In this document: positions 39,246 through 51,300 of the stretch, piece by piece | How the letters are laid out: each line of letters opens with the position of its first letter | Position numbering within the stretch: position 1 is the first letter of the stretch | Assembly (NCBI GenBank): GCA_964016885.1 | Contig: OZ024742.1 | Coordinates: 9,548,001 to 9,612,000 of the forward strand | Source of the DNA: Eledone cirrhosa | Taxonomy: Eukaryota | Reading direction: 5' to 3' | DNA length: 64,000 nt | Notes under the pieces: generated by a model | What the model was told of the DNA's origin: nothing | The model's database searches: none | What the model saw: only the letters and a program-made list of their open reading frames with translations | Translations under genes and position numbers: made by a program

Positions 39246-39355
39246 ATGTGTTTTTATCTTATTTTTGCTTTCCTTCTTCATTCTGCAGGCTCACTTTCAT
39301 ATAGATTGCATTTTTGTTTTTTTAAAATCCATATTCAATAAACAGACCAGGATTT

Positions 39356-39415
39356 TTTCATTCTGATGATTGAAATGAAATTTTTTGGCTTTTAAGAAAC
39401 CACTGGTAAATGGAA
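39356..39415 (+). ncRNA. Type I hammerhead in the PLE 3' pLTR
   Basis: TTTCATT | CTGATGA | TTGAAA...TTTTAA | GAAA | CCACTGG | TA | AATGGAA; same sense as the PLE ORF. Confidence 0.85.
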
Positions 39416-39508
39416 TAATTGCCTTATGTTGTTTATTACATAACTATTAAGCTCTGTTACCTACATAGAGCACTCTTTTTTCCTGGACTTTTCCGACGGA
39501 ATTACTTC

Positions 39509-39560
<52 letters not shown>

Positions 39561-39612
39561 TTTCTGAATTTGTTTAGCAAGATTCTTTATCTGAAAACGT
39601 GTGTTGAAATCG

Positions 39613-39856
39613 ATATTGTTATTATTTGGGAGGGTCATGTTGCCAATAACAAAGAAAAGAATCCCCAGTCACTGCAGAGGTCGCAGAATGTGTGACAAAA
39701 GAACTTTGACAATATATAAACAACCATCTGGTTGTGGAACCAACCAACCAACCGGAAATTTATAAATTCCTAAATTTATAAATATATTATAATAAATTGA
39801 AATGAAAGCAGCTGGTGCGTGTGTTACTTATTAGCAACATGACCCTCCCAAAGTAT

Positions 39857-39864
<8 letters not shown>
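39613..39864. repeat. 250-bp segment bounded by about 37-bp inverted repeats between (TA)n tracts
   Basis: ATATTGTTATTATTTGGGAGGGTCATGTTGCCAATAA versus TTATTAGCAACATGACCCTCCCAAAGTATAACAATAT. Confidence 0.75.
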
Positions 39865-39896
<32 letters not shown>

Positions 39897-39914
39897 CAGC
39901 AGACAAACCACAAA

Positions 39915-39970
<56 letters not shown>

Positions 39971-39972
<2 letters not shown>

Positions 39973-40500
39973 CGCACCATAGTACTCAATACTTAGGGAA
40001 GTAGAGTGGGTAATAGGAAAATGTTCAATACCCCGCCGACGGCAGAACTCAAGCCGTTTCGACGGCTATTTCTGGACTAAATTATATTTTTAACGTGGTA
40101 ATAAATAGCCGCACTTTTCAAAGGCTAATTCCATATATGGGAAGATTGTAGTTGTCAAAATATTTGGTCCAAATTTCTTGTAAACACAATTAAATCTTTC
40201 ATGGTGGTGGGTGGGGGCTGGGGGGGGGGGCCTGAACTTGCCTGTAGAACAATGAGGGAGTGGGTGGAGCCGGTAAAGCGTTGAAAGTGAATTCTATACG
40301 GCAAATTCTAAGGAGTGTGTATGAAAGTAGGCTCTGTTGAAACTAGCTCTTGCCGTTTCAACAGGTAGTTTCAACAGAGAGAGAGAGGGAGAGATAGGGG
40401 GGGGGGAGAGAGAAGAGCTACATTAGTATTATGGCTCACCGACAACAACTAACGAAAGGTTATATATATCTACCTTACTCAACTCATTGCTTAAAATATG
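39971..40500 (-). mobile_element. PLE pLTR-type fragment with a decayed hammerhead; same family as 22520-22680 and 23015-23180
   Basis: Shared blocks (GTACTCAATACTTAGGG, CAAGCCGTTTCGACG, GAAGAGCTACA, CTCATTGCTTAAAA). Reverse complement reads GCC-TTTGAAAA-..CGGCTATTT...AAATAGCCG-TC-GAAA-CGGC...GCCG-TC-GGC. Confidence 0.65.
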
Positions 40501-40550
40501 TTTTGGCTTTATTACTACAAACACAGCTCTGTATATATATATATATATAT

Positions 40551-40622
<72 letters not shown>

Positions 40623-40623
40623 A

Positions 40624-40655
<32 letters not shown>

Positions 40656-41204
40656 CACATGTGTGTGTGTCTTCGGTACGTAATTACAGTTACAGGTGGT
40701 TCAACGTCGAAGCACTCAATGCTTGTATGTGCTCCGTCTCGTGTTGGGTTGAGTGAAGGTGACTGGAGTATGCACATATAAGCTCGTATATCAGAGGAAA
40801 TGTCGAAGAAGTGTCAGGCTCCGTTCATTATAAAGCTTCACCACCTCGGTGTACATGTAGCTAGTTCCTCCTCTCTCTCTTTCTCTCCCACGCTCTCTCA
40901 CAATTTCTTTTCCTGGAAGAACTTGACTGTGTTCCAGCTTGGCGAAGAATGAGCTCCACGATAATTAATGTTCAAGACCCATTTTGTTTCAAGACGGCCT
41001 GTCTACGAAGCAAGCAGGAGTTATACCCTTAATACGTTGTTACATATTTCAATCTTTATCTTTCATTTTTATTCTATTTATGTAAACCAACATCTCAATC
41101 ATACCTTTTTTATCGTCGTCCTTATTTCCTTTCTTAGATATATTTCTACTCGTTCATTGATTCTTATCTTCCAATTTCTTCATTCTTTTCAAATCATTTC
41201 TTCC

Positions 41205-41290
41205 GTTCATCATCCTTACGGGTGGATAAAATAAAGTACCAGTAATGTACTGGGTAATTGCTGGCCTGTGCCTAAAGTAGACACAATTAT
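41205..41290 (+). mobile_element. SINE 3' fragment
   Basis: CATCCTTACGGGTGGATAAAATAAAGTACCAGTAATGTACTGGGTAATTGCTGGCCTGTG. Confidence 0.75.
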
Positions 41291-41569
41291 TTCTCTTCCT
41301 TCATTTCTCATTCTTTCTTCTCTCTTCTTCTCTTATTCTTTAATATTTCTATATTTCCTTCTATATTTCCTTCTCTATTATTTTGTCCTTGTATAATTCT
41401 CACATCTCATATTTTTTTTGTTCTTCATATCGGGTTCACTTATCTATCTATCTATCTATAGTTCTTTCTTTCTTCTTATTTACTATACAGATTTTCCTTT
41501 CTATTTTCATACTTTCATTGCCACTCTCTCATTGCAATATATATATGTATGTATATATCTATCTATCTA

Positions 41570-41629
<60 letters not shown>

Positions 41630-42085
41630 TCTTTCCTATCTATCTACCTTCATATATTTCACAACGTCTCATTTTCTTTGTTAAGGTAAATCTCTCCATT
41701 CCATCATCTTTTATCATTCCTATCTCTCAAACAATATTTTTTTCATCTTTTTTACGTGAGATTTTTCTTTTTTCGCCTCACCTACATCACTCTTTCCCGC
41801 ACTCTTTCCTCATTCCTTCCTCCCTCTATCAGTCTCTCCCTCTCCCGTATACTTCTTATTTATTGGCAACACAAGCAGTAGTGTCCTGTTAGATAGTATT
41901 TGACTCTGTTGGAAGAGTTCCACCAATCTTTGAAGTAAAGTGTCAGATAATGAGAGGTGAAGATAAAGAGTGTATCAGCAAGACGGCAAAACCTACAACT
42001 TACCTTTTTAGACTATATTGCCAACAATTAAGAACTGTTGATACAAACCATAGAAACCTACACACACAATTAACACCAACACACC

Positions 42086-42181
<96 letters not shown>

Positions 42182-42233
42182 AATATATATTAATTCAAAA
42201 TATTAACAAAATAGATATTCTTGTGATCAATTA

Positions 42234-42300
42234 TATTTTATTATACATATTTCAGAGTTACTGAGTTAAGTTCAACAGTACGTCCTCATCAGATAAAATA
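42234..42300 (-). ncRNA. Type I hammerhead ribozyme (left arm)
   Basis: Reverse complement: TATTTTAT | CTGATGA | GGACGTACTG...CAGTAACTCT | GAAA | TATGTA | TA | ATAAAATA. Confidence 0.82.
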
Positions 42301-42397
42301 AAATGATACATGACATACCCTGACATATTAGATGGTTAAGATTTAGTCATGGTAAATCTTAACCATCTAATATGTCAGGGTATGTCATGTATCATTT

Positions 42398-42464
42398 TAT
42401 TTTATCTGATGAGGACGTACTGTTGAACTTAACTCAGTACCTCTGAAATATGTATAATAAAATA
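42398..42464 (+). ncRNA. Type I hammerhead ribozyme (right arm)
   Basis: TATTTTAT | CTGATGA | GGACGTACTG...CAGTACCTCT | GAAA | TATGTA | TA | ATAAAATA. Confidence 0.87.
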
Positions 42465-42599
42465 TAATTGATCACAAGAATATCTATTTTGTTAATATTT
42501 TGAATTAATATTAATAACTCTGGAAAACCATTTAACTGTTGAGTGCTTCCAATCTATTATAAAACTCATTCTTTGATGTATGCATTGAACCTTGTTTAA

Positions 42600-42693
<94 letters not shown>

Positions 42694-42790
42694 TTAAAAA
42701 CATATGATCAACACTAATGTGTTTTTTTTTTGCAAAATGACAATAATTTTTTAGCCAGATAGAAGTACCTTAATTCAAGTACATATAGTC

Positions 42791-43242
42791 CGCCTGTATC
42801 GATCTAGAAAATATTAAATATTAAATCTATACTTACAGACGTAAAATGGCAACTGCCTGGTGCCTAGACAAGTTTAAATTTCAAAATTCAAACCTTTTCA
42901 GCAGAGCGGTCGGAACTTCAAAACATAAACCTGTTTCACAAGGGATGGTATACTAATGAAATAATTAATTAATTACGGAATAACTATTTATAAAATAATT
43001 ATTAGTGAAGTAATCAATTTTCTGTGATTTTCAATAGGCACCCAGAAATTATAGTCACTTCTCCTAAGATAATCTTAAGACTGATCTGTCGCAAGCCTAA
43101 TACATGTGCTTTTGCACACGACCTTCTCAGCATTCTGGCTCATATCCATGGCGCTAGAAATAACAGCCGTAAATATGGGATTATGAATTCGCCTGTATCG
43201 ATCTAGAAAATATTAAATATTAAATCTATACTTACAGACGTA

Positions 43243-43246
<4 letters not shown>
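42791..43246. repeat. 57-bp identical direct repeats 399 bp apart, ending in (TA)n
   Basis: CGCCTGTATCGATCTAGAAAATATTAAATATTAAATCTATACTTACAGACGTAAAAT at 42791 and 43190. Confidence 0.85.
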
Positions 43247-43274
<28 letters not shown>

Positions 43275-43284
43275 ATTTATATAT

Positions 43285-43366
<82 letters not shown>

Positions 43367-43416
43367 GCATTCATATACACATATGTACATACAGATACAT
43401 ACAGATACACGTACAG

Positions 43417-43530
<114 letters not shown>

Positions 43531-43674
43531 ACACACACACGAAATGCCATCGTTCATCCAAGAAAATATTTTCGTTATCTTACAATTTACCAAGATCTAC
43601 ACCAAAAATCATCATTTATATTTTGCTATAGTTTTTGTCGTTGTTGTTGTTCTTGTTGGTATTGTTCTTAAATT

Positions 43675-44045
43675 AGTATGCAGACCTTGCAGGTTCTATT
43701 AGGACTGATCACCATGTAGATGCTGAAGTCATGCCAATCATCATTGGTGCGCTAGGCACGGTCCCTAAACCTATTACATCTGTCATCAAAAGCGTTAGGA
43801 TCCCCGACTCCATTGGCAGTGCCCAAATTTCTACCATTATTATTGCCTTTCATTGGCGGTGGATTGGCGGTGGATTGGCAGTATCGGTAGTTCAAATCCC
43901 ACCGAGGTTAACTTTGCCTTTCATCCTTACGAGAGTCGATAAAATAAAGTACCAGTAATACACTGGGATAATTGCTGGCCTTGTGTCAAAATTAGAAACA
44001 ATTATTAATACTGCCCGAATCCTACAGAATATATTGAACTTCTGA
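43675..44045 (+). mobile_element. 3' end of an R4/Dong-type LINE (restriction-like endonuclease C-terminus) interrupted by a SINE
   Basis: YADLAGSIRTDHHVDAEVMPIIIGALGTVPK...AQISTII | NTARILQNILNF* fits the KYxDL..PxxIGALGxVPK..TARILR motif of R4/Dong elements. Confidence 0.78.
43855..44003 (+). mobile_element. tRNA-derived SINE, internally deleted, nested in the R4/Dong fragment
   Basis: GGCGGTGGATTGGCAGTATCGGTAG..TTCAAATCCCACCGAGGTTAACTTTGCCTTTCATCCTTACGAGAGTCGATAAAATAAAGTACCAG; flanked by ATTATT on both sides. Confidence 0.82.
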
Positions 44046-45384
44046 GATCAGGGACTTACTTGAGACCAGTTAAGATGTTTCATCTAGTAACCGTTTACAA
44101 GAGAAACCGTACAGATAGGTAAAAATAATTGTTATTCCGTAGACATATTTTGATTGCATTCATTCATTGCACTAACGAGTGTAGCTCTATCGACCTTGCG
44201 TATTTGGAGTGTTTTGGTTTGTTTTTTTTACTTTTTATCATATTGGTAGTTCTCTGAGGAGTATATATTTTAACAGAACTTCATAGTAGGATTATCTGTA
44301 TGTTGTGAATATTCCCCAGCTTTACATCTGTAAGATTATCTTTTAACCATTCTGATGACAAATATTTCCAAAAAATTGCATCTCTATTCAGCGCCCACTT
44401 ATTTCATATATATTTATAACGATTTATATTTGGGAACTTTTTATCTTTCGTTAAGAGAGGACACTATTTGCTTTAGAGTCTGCTATTAAGATTGAAAGAT
44501 TAAGATTAAGATTTTGTTGGCTAGAATGGGGATTTGATAATATAGATTAATGCATAAATAAAATGAGTGGCTCGGGTCGCATTTGTATTACAAGAATGAC
44601 AGTGAAGCCAGAGGAAACCAGAGCTATTTCTACTTAATTACAAAGCAAAATATTTTTAGTTCAGCTGCGGAAAAGAGAAACCTCAGATGTTTCGCCTGTA
44701 ATATCTCATTTAAAAGCCCATTTTCTATATATATATACACACTGTCACACAAAAAACAATATATTAGAAAGCCCTAGATGCTGATCTTGTGTTCTAGTGG
44801 CCAACATTTTAGCGGTCATCAATGATAAATCAACAAAGCCGCATAACCAGAGCAGCTACACTAAAAGCTCACCACTAGAAGGTCATTTGTAGTGTAAATG
44901 ATGTAAAATCAATTAAATATGAAAGATTTAAACTGTATTATGGCCATGGATTTTTCAGGGATTTTAATCCCACCCGATATAAATCAGGATAACATTTAAC
45001 AAATTTATGAAAACAAGAGATAAACAATATCGCAAGTGTAGGATGTGAATTAATGATATATTTAAACTGATACATCATAATGTTGAATGTTGTTGTTTTT
45101 GTTGATGTTTATCCCTGAACAAGCGATGATGAGCCGAGGATAAATTCGCCTGACAACTAGTTTATGGCGGGTTCAATCCAACTCCGAGGTACCTAGGATT
45201 TACGTATTTACGTCTTGTGAGTGAAATTAGTAGATTGAACCTGTGGAAATATGCCGTGTTTTTAGTTACCATGTCATCCGGTTGAATACCTTTACCTGGC
45301 TTAAGAAAGGATTTAACAGTGTATAAAGAGGTGAAATAACCCTTGAAAAATGTTATGGGGGTTGTCATTGTTTTTTTATGAGTG

Positions 45385-46930
45385 ATCAAAATACCAAATA
45401 CATATAAAGAAGCACACATAACTCCAATACATAAAGGGGACAGCAAATCAAAACCAAAGAACTACCGACCAATCTCACTGACAACACACATTATCAAGGT
45501 CTTCGAAAGAATAGTTCGTGGAAAACTGGTTGAGTTCCTGGAATCCAACAATCTGATGAATTGCAATCAGCATGGATTCAGGTTAGGTAGACCATGTCTT
45601 TCCCAACTACTGGCACACCATGACCAAATCCTAGAAAATCTAGAGAATGTAAACAACACAGATGTTATTTACCTCGACTTTGCCAAGGCATTTGACAAGG
45701 TAGATCATGGCATCCTGGGACACAAACTTCGAAAGCTAGGAGGAAAAGTTGGTACATGGATACACGAGTTCCTTACAAATAGAACTCAAACAGTCACTGT
45801 GAATGGAATCCATTCAACACCATCACCTGTAACCAGCAGTGTTCCTCAGGGTACAGTACTCGGCCCGATCCTGTTTCTCATCCTCATCTCTGACATAGAT
45901 GAAGATACAACCAGCAACGTCTCATCCTTTATGATGACACCAGGGTCATGAGACAAATCAAAGACGAGGTGGATACAGAGGCCTTACAAAAGGACCTAAC
46001 CACCATATGCAAATGGCAGGAAACAAACAACATGTTGTTCAATGTTAAGAAGTTTGAACTAATTCGCTACGGAACAGATCAAGATCTGAAAAATACAACA
46101 AACTACAGAAACCCATCAGGACAACAAATAATGGAAAAACAGTGTGTGAAAGATTTAGGCATCCACATGGGAACCAGCCTAAAATTCAGAGAACACCTTG
46201 ACTCAGTCTGTCTTACTGCAAGAAAGTACAGCGGGTGGATCTTGCGCACCTTCAAATCAAGAGATACCTCAACAATGAAAACCCTCTGGAATAGTATGAT
46301 ACTTCCGAGGAGTGACTACTGTTCTCAGTTGTGGTCACCAACAACAAAGGGCCAACTATCTAAGATGGAATCGCTCCAAAGAAATTTTACCTCATACTTC
46401 TCAGAAACGAGGGACCTGGACTATTGGCAAAGACTCAAAACCTTGAAGATGTACTCAATAGAAAGAAGATTTGAGCGATACCGAATTATATACATTTGGA
46501 AAATGATAGAGCAAAAGGTGCCAAACTTTGGTATCAAAACCTACCACTCACTGCACCACGGAAGACGCTGCCAGCTACCACCAATCAACAAAAAGGCTGG
46601 CCAGGCAGCAAAAACCCTGCGAGAGTCAAGTCTGTTGGTTAGAGGGGCACAACTATTCAACTCCATTCCGGTACATGTCAGAAATCTATCAGGATGCAGT
46701 GTGGAATCATTCAAATTGCAGCTGGATAGATACTTAAGCACCATTAGAGATGAACCCCATCTCCCAGGATATACACAACGAGCACAAACTGACTCAAACT
46801 CGCTCCTACACATGTCAAAATTAAACAGAGAATCCAACCTGGCAACCACACCAGACTCTGAGGGTGGAGTCCTGCCTGGGCATGGCCTCAAACTCAAATG
46901 AAATGAAATGAAATGAAATGAAATGAAATG
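45385..46930 (+). mobile_element. CR1-group LINE, 5'-truncated RT fragment with (AAATG)n tail
   Basis: NYRPISLT, QHGFR, YLDFAKAFDKVDH, VPQGTVLGPILF, frameshifted F(A)DDT at about 45930, DYCSQLWSP, MYSIERRFERY and FNSIP. (AAATG)7 at 46896-46930. Confidence 0.92.
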
Positions 46931-46986
46931 ATCCAGCACAAAAGGTCAGCAATGATCGAGATAAATTGCAATAAAGATATTTCTGC

Positions 46987-47007
46987 CATCATCGTCATCA
47001 TGATTCC

Positions 47008-47059
<52 letters not shown>

Positions 47060-47165
47060 GTCATCATCATCATCATCATAATCATCATCATCATCATCAT
47101 CATCATCGTCATCATCATCGTCGTCATCATCATCGTCATAGTCATCATCATCGTCATCATCATCG

Positions 47166-47221
<56 letters not shown>

Positions 47222-47336
47222 GTCATCATCATCATCGTCATCATCATCATCATCATCGTCATCATCATCATCGTCGTCGTCGTCTTCTTTTTCTTCTTCT
47301 TCTTCTTCTTCTTCTTCTTCTTCTTCTTCTTCTTCA
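46987..47336. repeat. (CAT)n followed by (CTT)n microsatellite
   Basis: Direct reading; explains the poly-D/E/I/M ORFs. Confidence 0.95.
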
Positions 47337-47645
47337 TTATAGCCATCTATAGTTTCTTTTTGAAACCAAGTCAGTGCCATAGTATATGATCTACGTATTA
47401 TCAACCTTGTGTTAAATACATCGGTTGTGATTTGGGTGACATGTAGCGGTTTAACCAATAAACTACAATTTACACGACCACCATTCCATTACATCCGATT
47501 ATTCACGAGGAAGAAATAGTCTCGCTGAAACAAACAAAAACATATAATTTCCATTTCAAAGAGATTAATTATTTTCTTTGCTGATTTCAAGAGAAAAGAT
47601 AACAGCATCTATTGAGAACCTTGATATTACGATCATATTTAGAAG

Positions 47646-48011
47646 CTCTTCCAACGTTACAGTTTGACCAAACTATGTAACAATGGTTTAGAAACTCTTC
47701 TCTTCCAACATCACAGTTTGACCAAACTATGTAACAATGGTTTAGAAACTCTTCTCTTCCAACATCACAGTTTGACCAAACTATGTAACAATAGTTTAGA
47801 AACTCTTCTCTTCCAACGTTACAGTTTGACCAAACTATGTAACAATGGTTTAGAAACTCTTCTCTTCCAACATCACAGTTTGACCAAACTATGTAACAAT
47901 GGTTTAGAAACTCTTCTCTTCCAACATCACAGTTTGACCAAACTATGTAACAATAGTTTAGAAACTCTTCTCTTCCAACGTTACAGTTTGACCAAACTAT
48001 GTAACAATGGT
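47646..48011. repeat. 54-bp minisatellite, about 6.7 copies, with 162-bp trimer structure
   Basis: AGTTTGACCAAACTATGTAACAATRGTTTAGAAACTCTTCTCTTCCAACRTYAC; variants in the order A-A-B-A-A-B. Confidence 0.95.
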
Positions 48012-48324
48012 CTTTCCATTTATCCTACATTATTTCTTGCTTTTCATATCATTATATCTTATTTATATTTTTATTTTTGTATTTAATTAATTTTATTTTA
48101 TTTCGTTTTCTAGATGTTTTAGTTTAGAATCTCACGTGATAGAAATGGAGATAAAAGATGGAAGGAAAGTAAAGAAAAAGAAAAAACGATACGAGAATGT
48201 AATTGAATAATTAAAATAATTATTATAACAGCAATGTTATTTATAATCTAAATGAGGAGAAGAAAAGAAGTTTAAAGAAAGAAAGATATGGTATTATTAT
48301 TACAAATCTTGGAAGAACAAATAA

Positions 48325-51300
48325 AGGAGGTAAATGAAGAAGTTATTTTATATCTTATCTGTTATATGAATGAGATAAATGAAGGAGTTATTTTATATTT
48401 TATCTGTTATATGAATGAGGTAAATGAAGGAGTTATGTTATATCTGTTATGAGAATGAGGTAAACGAAGGAGTTATGTTATATCGTATCTGTTATATGAA
48501 TGACGTAAATGAAAACATTATGTTAGATCTTATCTGTTATATGAATAAGGTAAATGAAGGAGTTATGTTATATCTTATCTGTTATATGAATGAGGTAAAT
48601 GAAGGAATTATGTTATATCGTATCTGTTATATGAATGGGGTAAATGAAGGAGTTATTTTATATCTTATCTGTTATATGAATGAGGTAAATGAAGGAGTTG
48701 TTTTATATCTTATATGTTATATGAATAAGGTAAATGTAGGAGTTATTTTATATCTGTTATATGAATGAGATAAATGGAGGAGTTATTTTATATTTTATCT
48801 GTTATATGAATGAGGTTAATGAAGGGGTTATTTCATATCTTATCTGTTATAAGAATGAGGTAAATGAAGGATTTATTTTATATCTTATCTGTTATATGAA
48901 TGAGGTAAATGAAGGGGTTATTTCATATCTTATCTGTTATAAGAATGAGGTAAATGAAGGATTAAATTTATATCTTATCTGTTATATGAATGAGGTAAAT
49001 GAAGTAGTTATTTTATATCTTAACATGAATAAGGTAAATGAAGGAGTTATTTTATATCTGTTATATGAATGATGTAAATGAAGGAGTTAATTTATATCGT
49101 ATCTGTTATATGAATGAGATAAATGAAGGAGTTATTTTATATATTATCTGTTATATGAATGAAGTAAATGAAGGGGTTAATTTATATCGTATCTGTTATA
49201 TGAATGAGATAAATGAAGGAGTTATTTCATATCTTATCTGTTATATCAATGAAGTAAATGAAGGAGTTATGTTAGATCTTATATGTTATATGAATGAAGT
49301 AAATGAAGGAGTTATTTTATATCTTATCTGTTATATGAATGAGGTAAATGAAGGTGTTATAATATATACTATCTGTTATATGAATGAAGTAAATGAAGGA
49401 GGGATTTTATATCTTATCTGTTATATGAATGAGGTGAATGAAGAAATAATGTTATATCTTATCGGTTATATGAATGGGGTAAATGAAGGAGTTATTTTAT
49501 AACTTATCTGTTATATGACTGAGGTAAATGAAGGAGTTGTTTTATATCTTATCTGTTATATGAATAAGGTAAATGAAGGAGTTATTTTATATCTGTTATA
49601 TGAATGAGGTAAATGAAGGAGTTCTTTTATATTTTATCTGTTATATGAAGGAGGTAAATGAAGGGGTTATTTCATATATTATCTGTTATATGAATGAGGT
49701 AAATGAAGGAGTTATTTTATACCTTATATGTTCTATGAATGAGGTAAATGAGGGAGTTATGTTATATCTTATCTGTTATATGAATGAGGTAAATGAAGGA
49801 GCTATTTTATATCTTATCTGTTTTATGAATGAGGTAAATGAAGGAGCTATTTTATATTTTATCTGTTATATGAATGAGCTAAATGAAGGAGTTATGTTAT
49901 ATATGGTATATGAATGAGGTAAATAAAGGAGTTATGTTATATCTGTTATATGAATGAGGTAAATGAAGGAGTTATGTTATATCTTATCTGTTATATGAAT
50001 GAGGTAAATAAAGGAATTATGTTATATCGTATCTGTTATATGAATGGGGTAAATGAAGGAGTTATTTTATATATTATCTGTTATATGAATGAGGTAAATA
50101 AAGGAGTTGTTTTATATCTTATCTGTTATATGAATAAGGTAAATGTAGGAGTTATTTTATATCTGTTATATGAATGAGATAAATGAAGGAGTTATTTTAT
50201 ATTTTATCTGTTATATGAATGAGGTAAATGAAGGGGTTATTTCATATCTTATCTGTTATATGAATGAGGTAAATGAAGGATTCATTTTATATGTTATCTT
50301 TTATATGAATGAGGTAAATGATGTAGCTATTTTATATCTGGACATGAATAAGGTAAATCAAGGAGTTATTTTATATCTGTTATATGAATGGTGTAAATGA
50401 AAGAGTTATGTTATATCTGTTATATGAATGATGTAAATGAAGGAGTTATATTATATCTGTTATATGAATGACATAAATAAAGGATATATTTCATATCTCA
50501 TCTGGTATATGAATGAAGTAAATGAAGGAGTTATTTTATATCTTATCTGTTATATGAATGAGGTAAATGAAGGAGTTATTATATATCTTATCTGTTATAT
50601 GAATGAGGTGAATGAAGAAATTATGTTATATCTTATCTGTTATATGAATGTGGTAAATGAAGGAGTTATTTCATATATTATCTGTTATATGAATGAGGTA
50701 AATAAAGGAGTTATTTCATATCTTAAATGTTATAGGAATGAGGTAAATGAAGGGATTATATCATATCCTATCTGTTATATGAATGAAGTAAATGAAGGAA
50801 TTATTTTATATCTTATCTGTTATATGAATGAGGTGAATGAAGGAGTTATTTCATATCTTTTCTGTCATATGAATGAGGGAAATGAAGGAGTTACGTTATA
50901 TCCTATCAGTTATATGAATGAGGTAAATGAAGGTGTTATTTCATATCGTATCTGTTATATGAATGAGGTAAATGAAGGAGTTATGATATATCTATTATAT
51001 GAATGAGGTAAATGAAGGAGTTATTTCATATCTTATCTGTTATATGAATGAGGTAAATGAAGGAGTTATGTTATAACTTATCTATTATATGAATGAGGAA
51101 AATGAAGGAGTTATGTTATATTTGTTATATGAATGAGGTAAATGAAGGAGTTATTTCATATCTTATCTGTTATATGAATGAGGTACATGAAGGAGTTATT
51201 TTATATCTTATCTGTTATACGAATGAGGTAAATGCAAGAGTTATGTTATATCTTATCTCTTATATCAATGAGGTAAATGAAGGAGTTATTTCATATCTTA

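Larger units (their letters stand above)
42187..42511. repeat. 325-bp near-perfect palindrome (159-bp arms, 7-nt loop at 42346-42352)
   Basis: The arms are reverse complements; I found 1 mismatch (GAGTTACTG vs CAGTACCTC). Confidence 0.95.

Noticed and set aside
46894-47458. Poly-Asp/Glu, poly-Ile and poly-Met ORFs
   Set aside because: (CAT)n/(CTT)n microsatellite with no flanking coding context.
47646-48011. CRISPR-like appearance of regular repeats (also the two satellites)
   Set aside because: No unique spacers, no cas genes, eukaryotic context.
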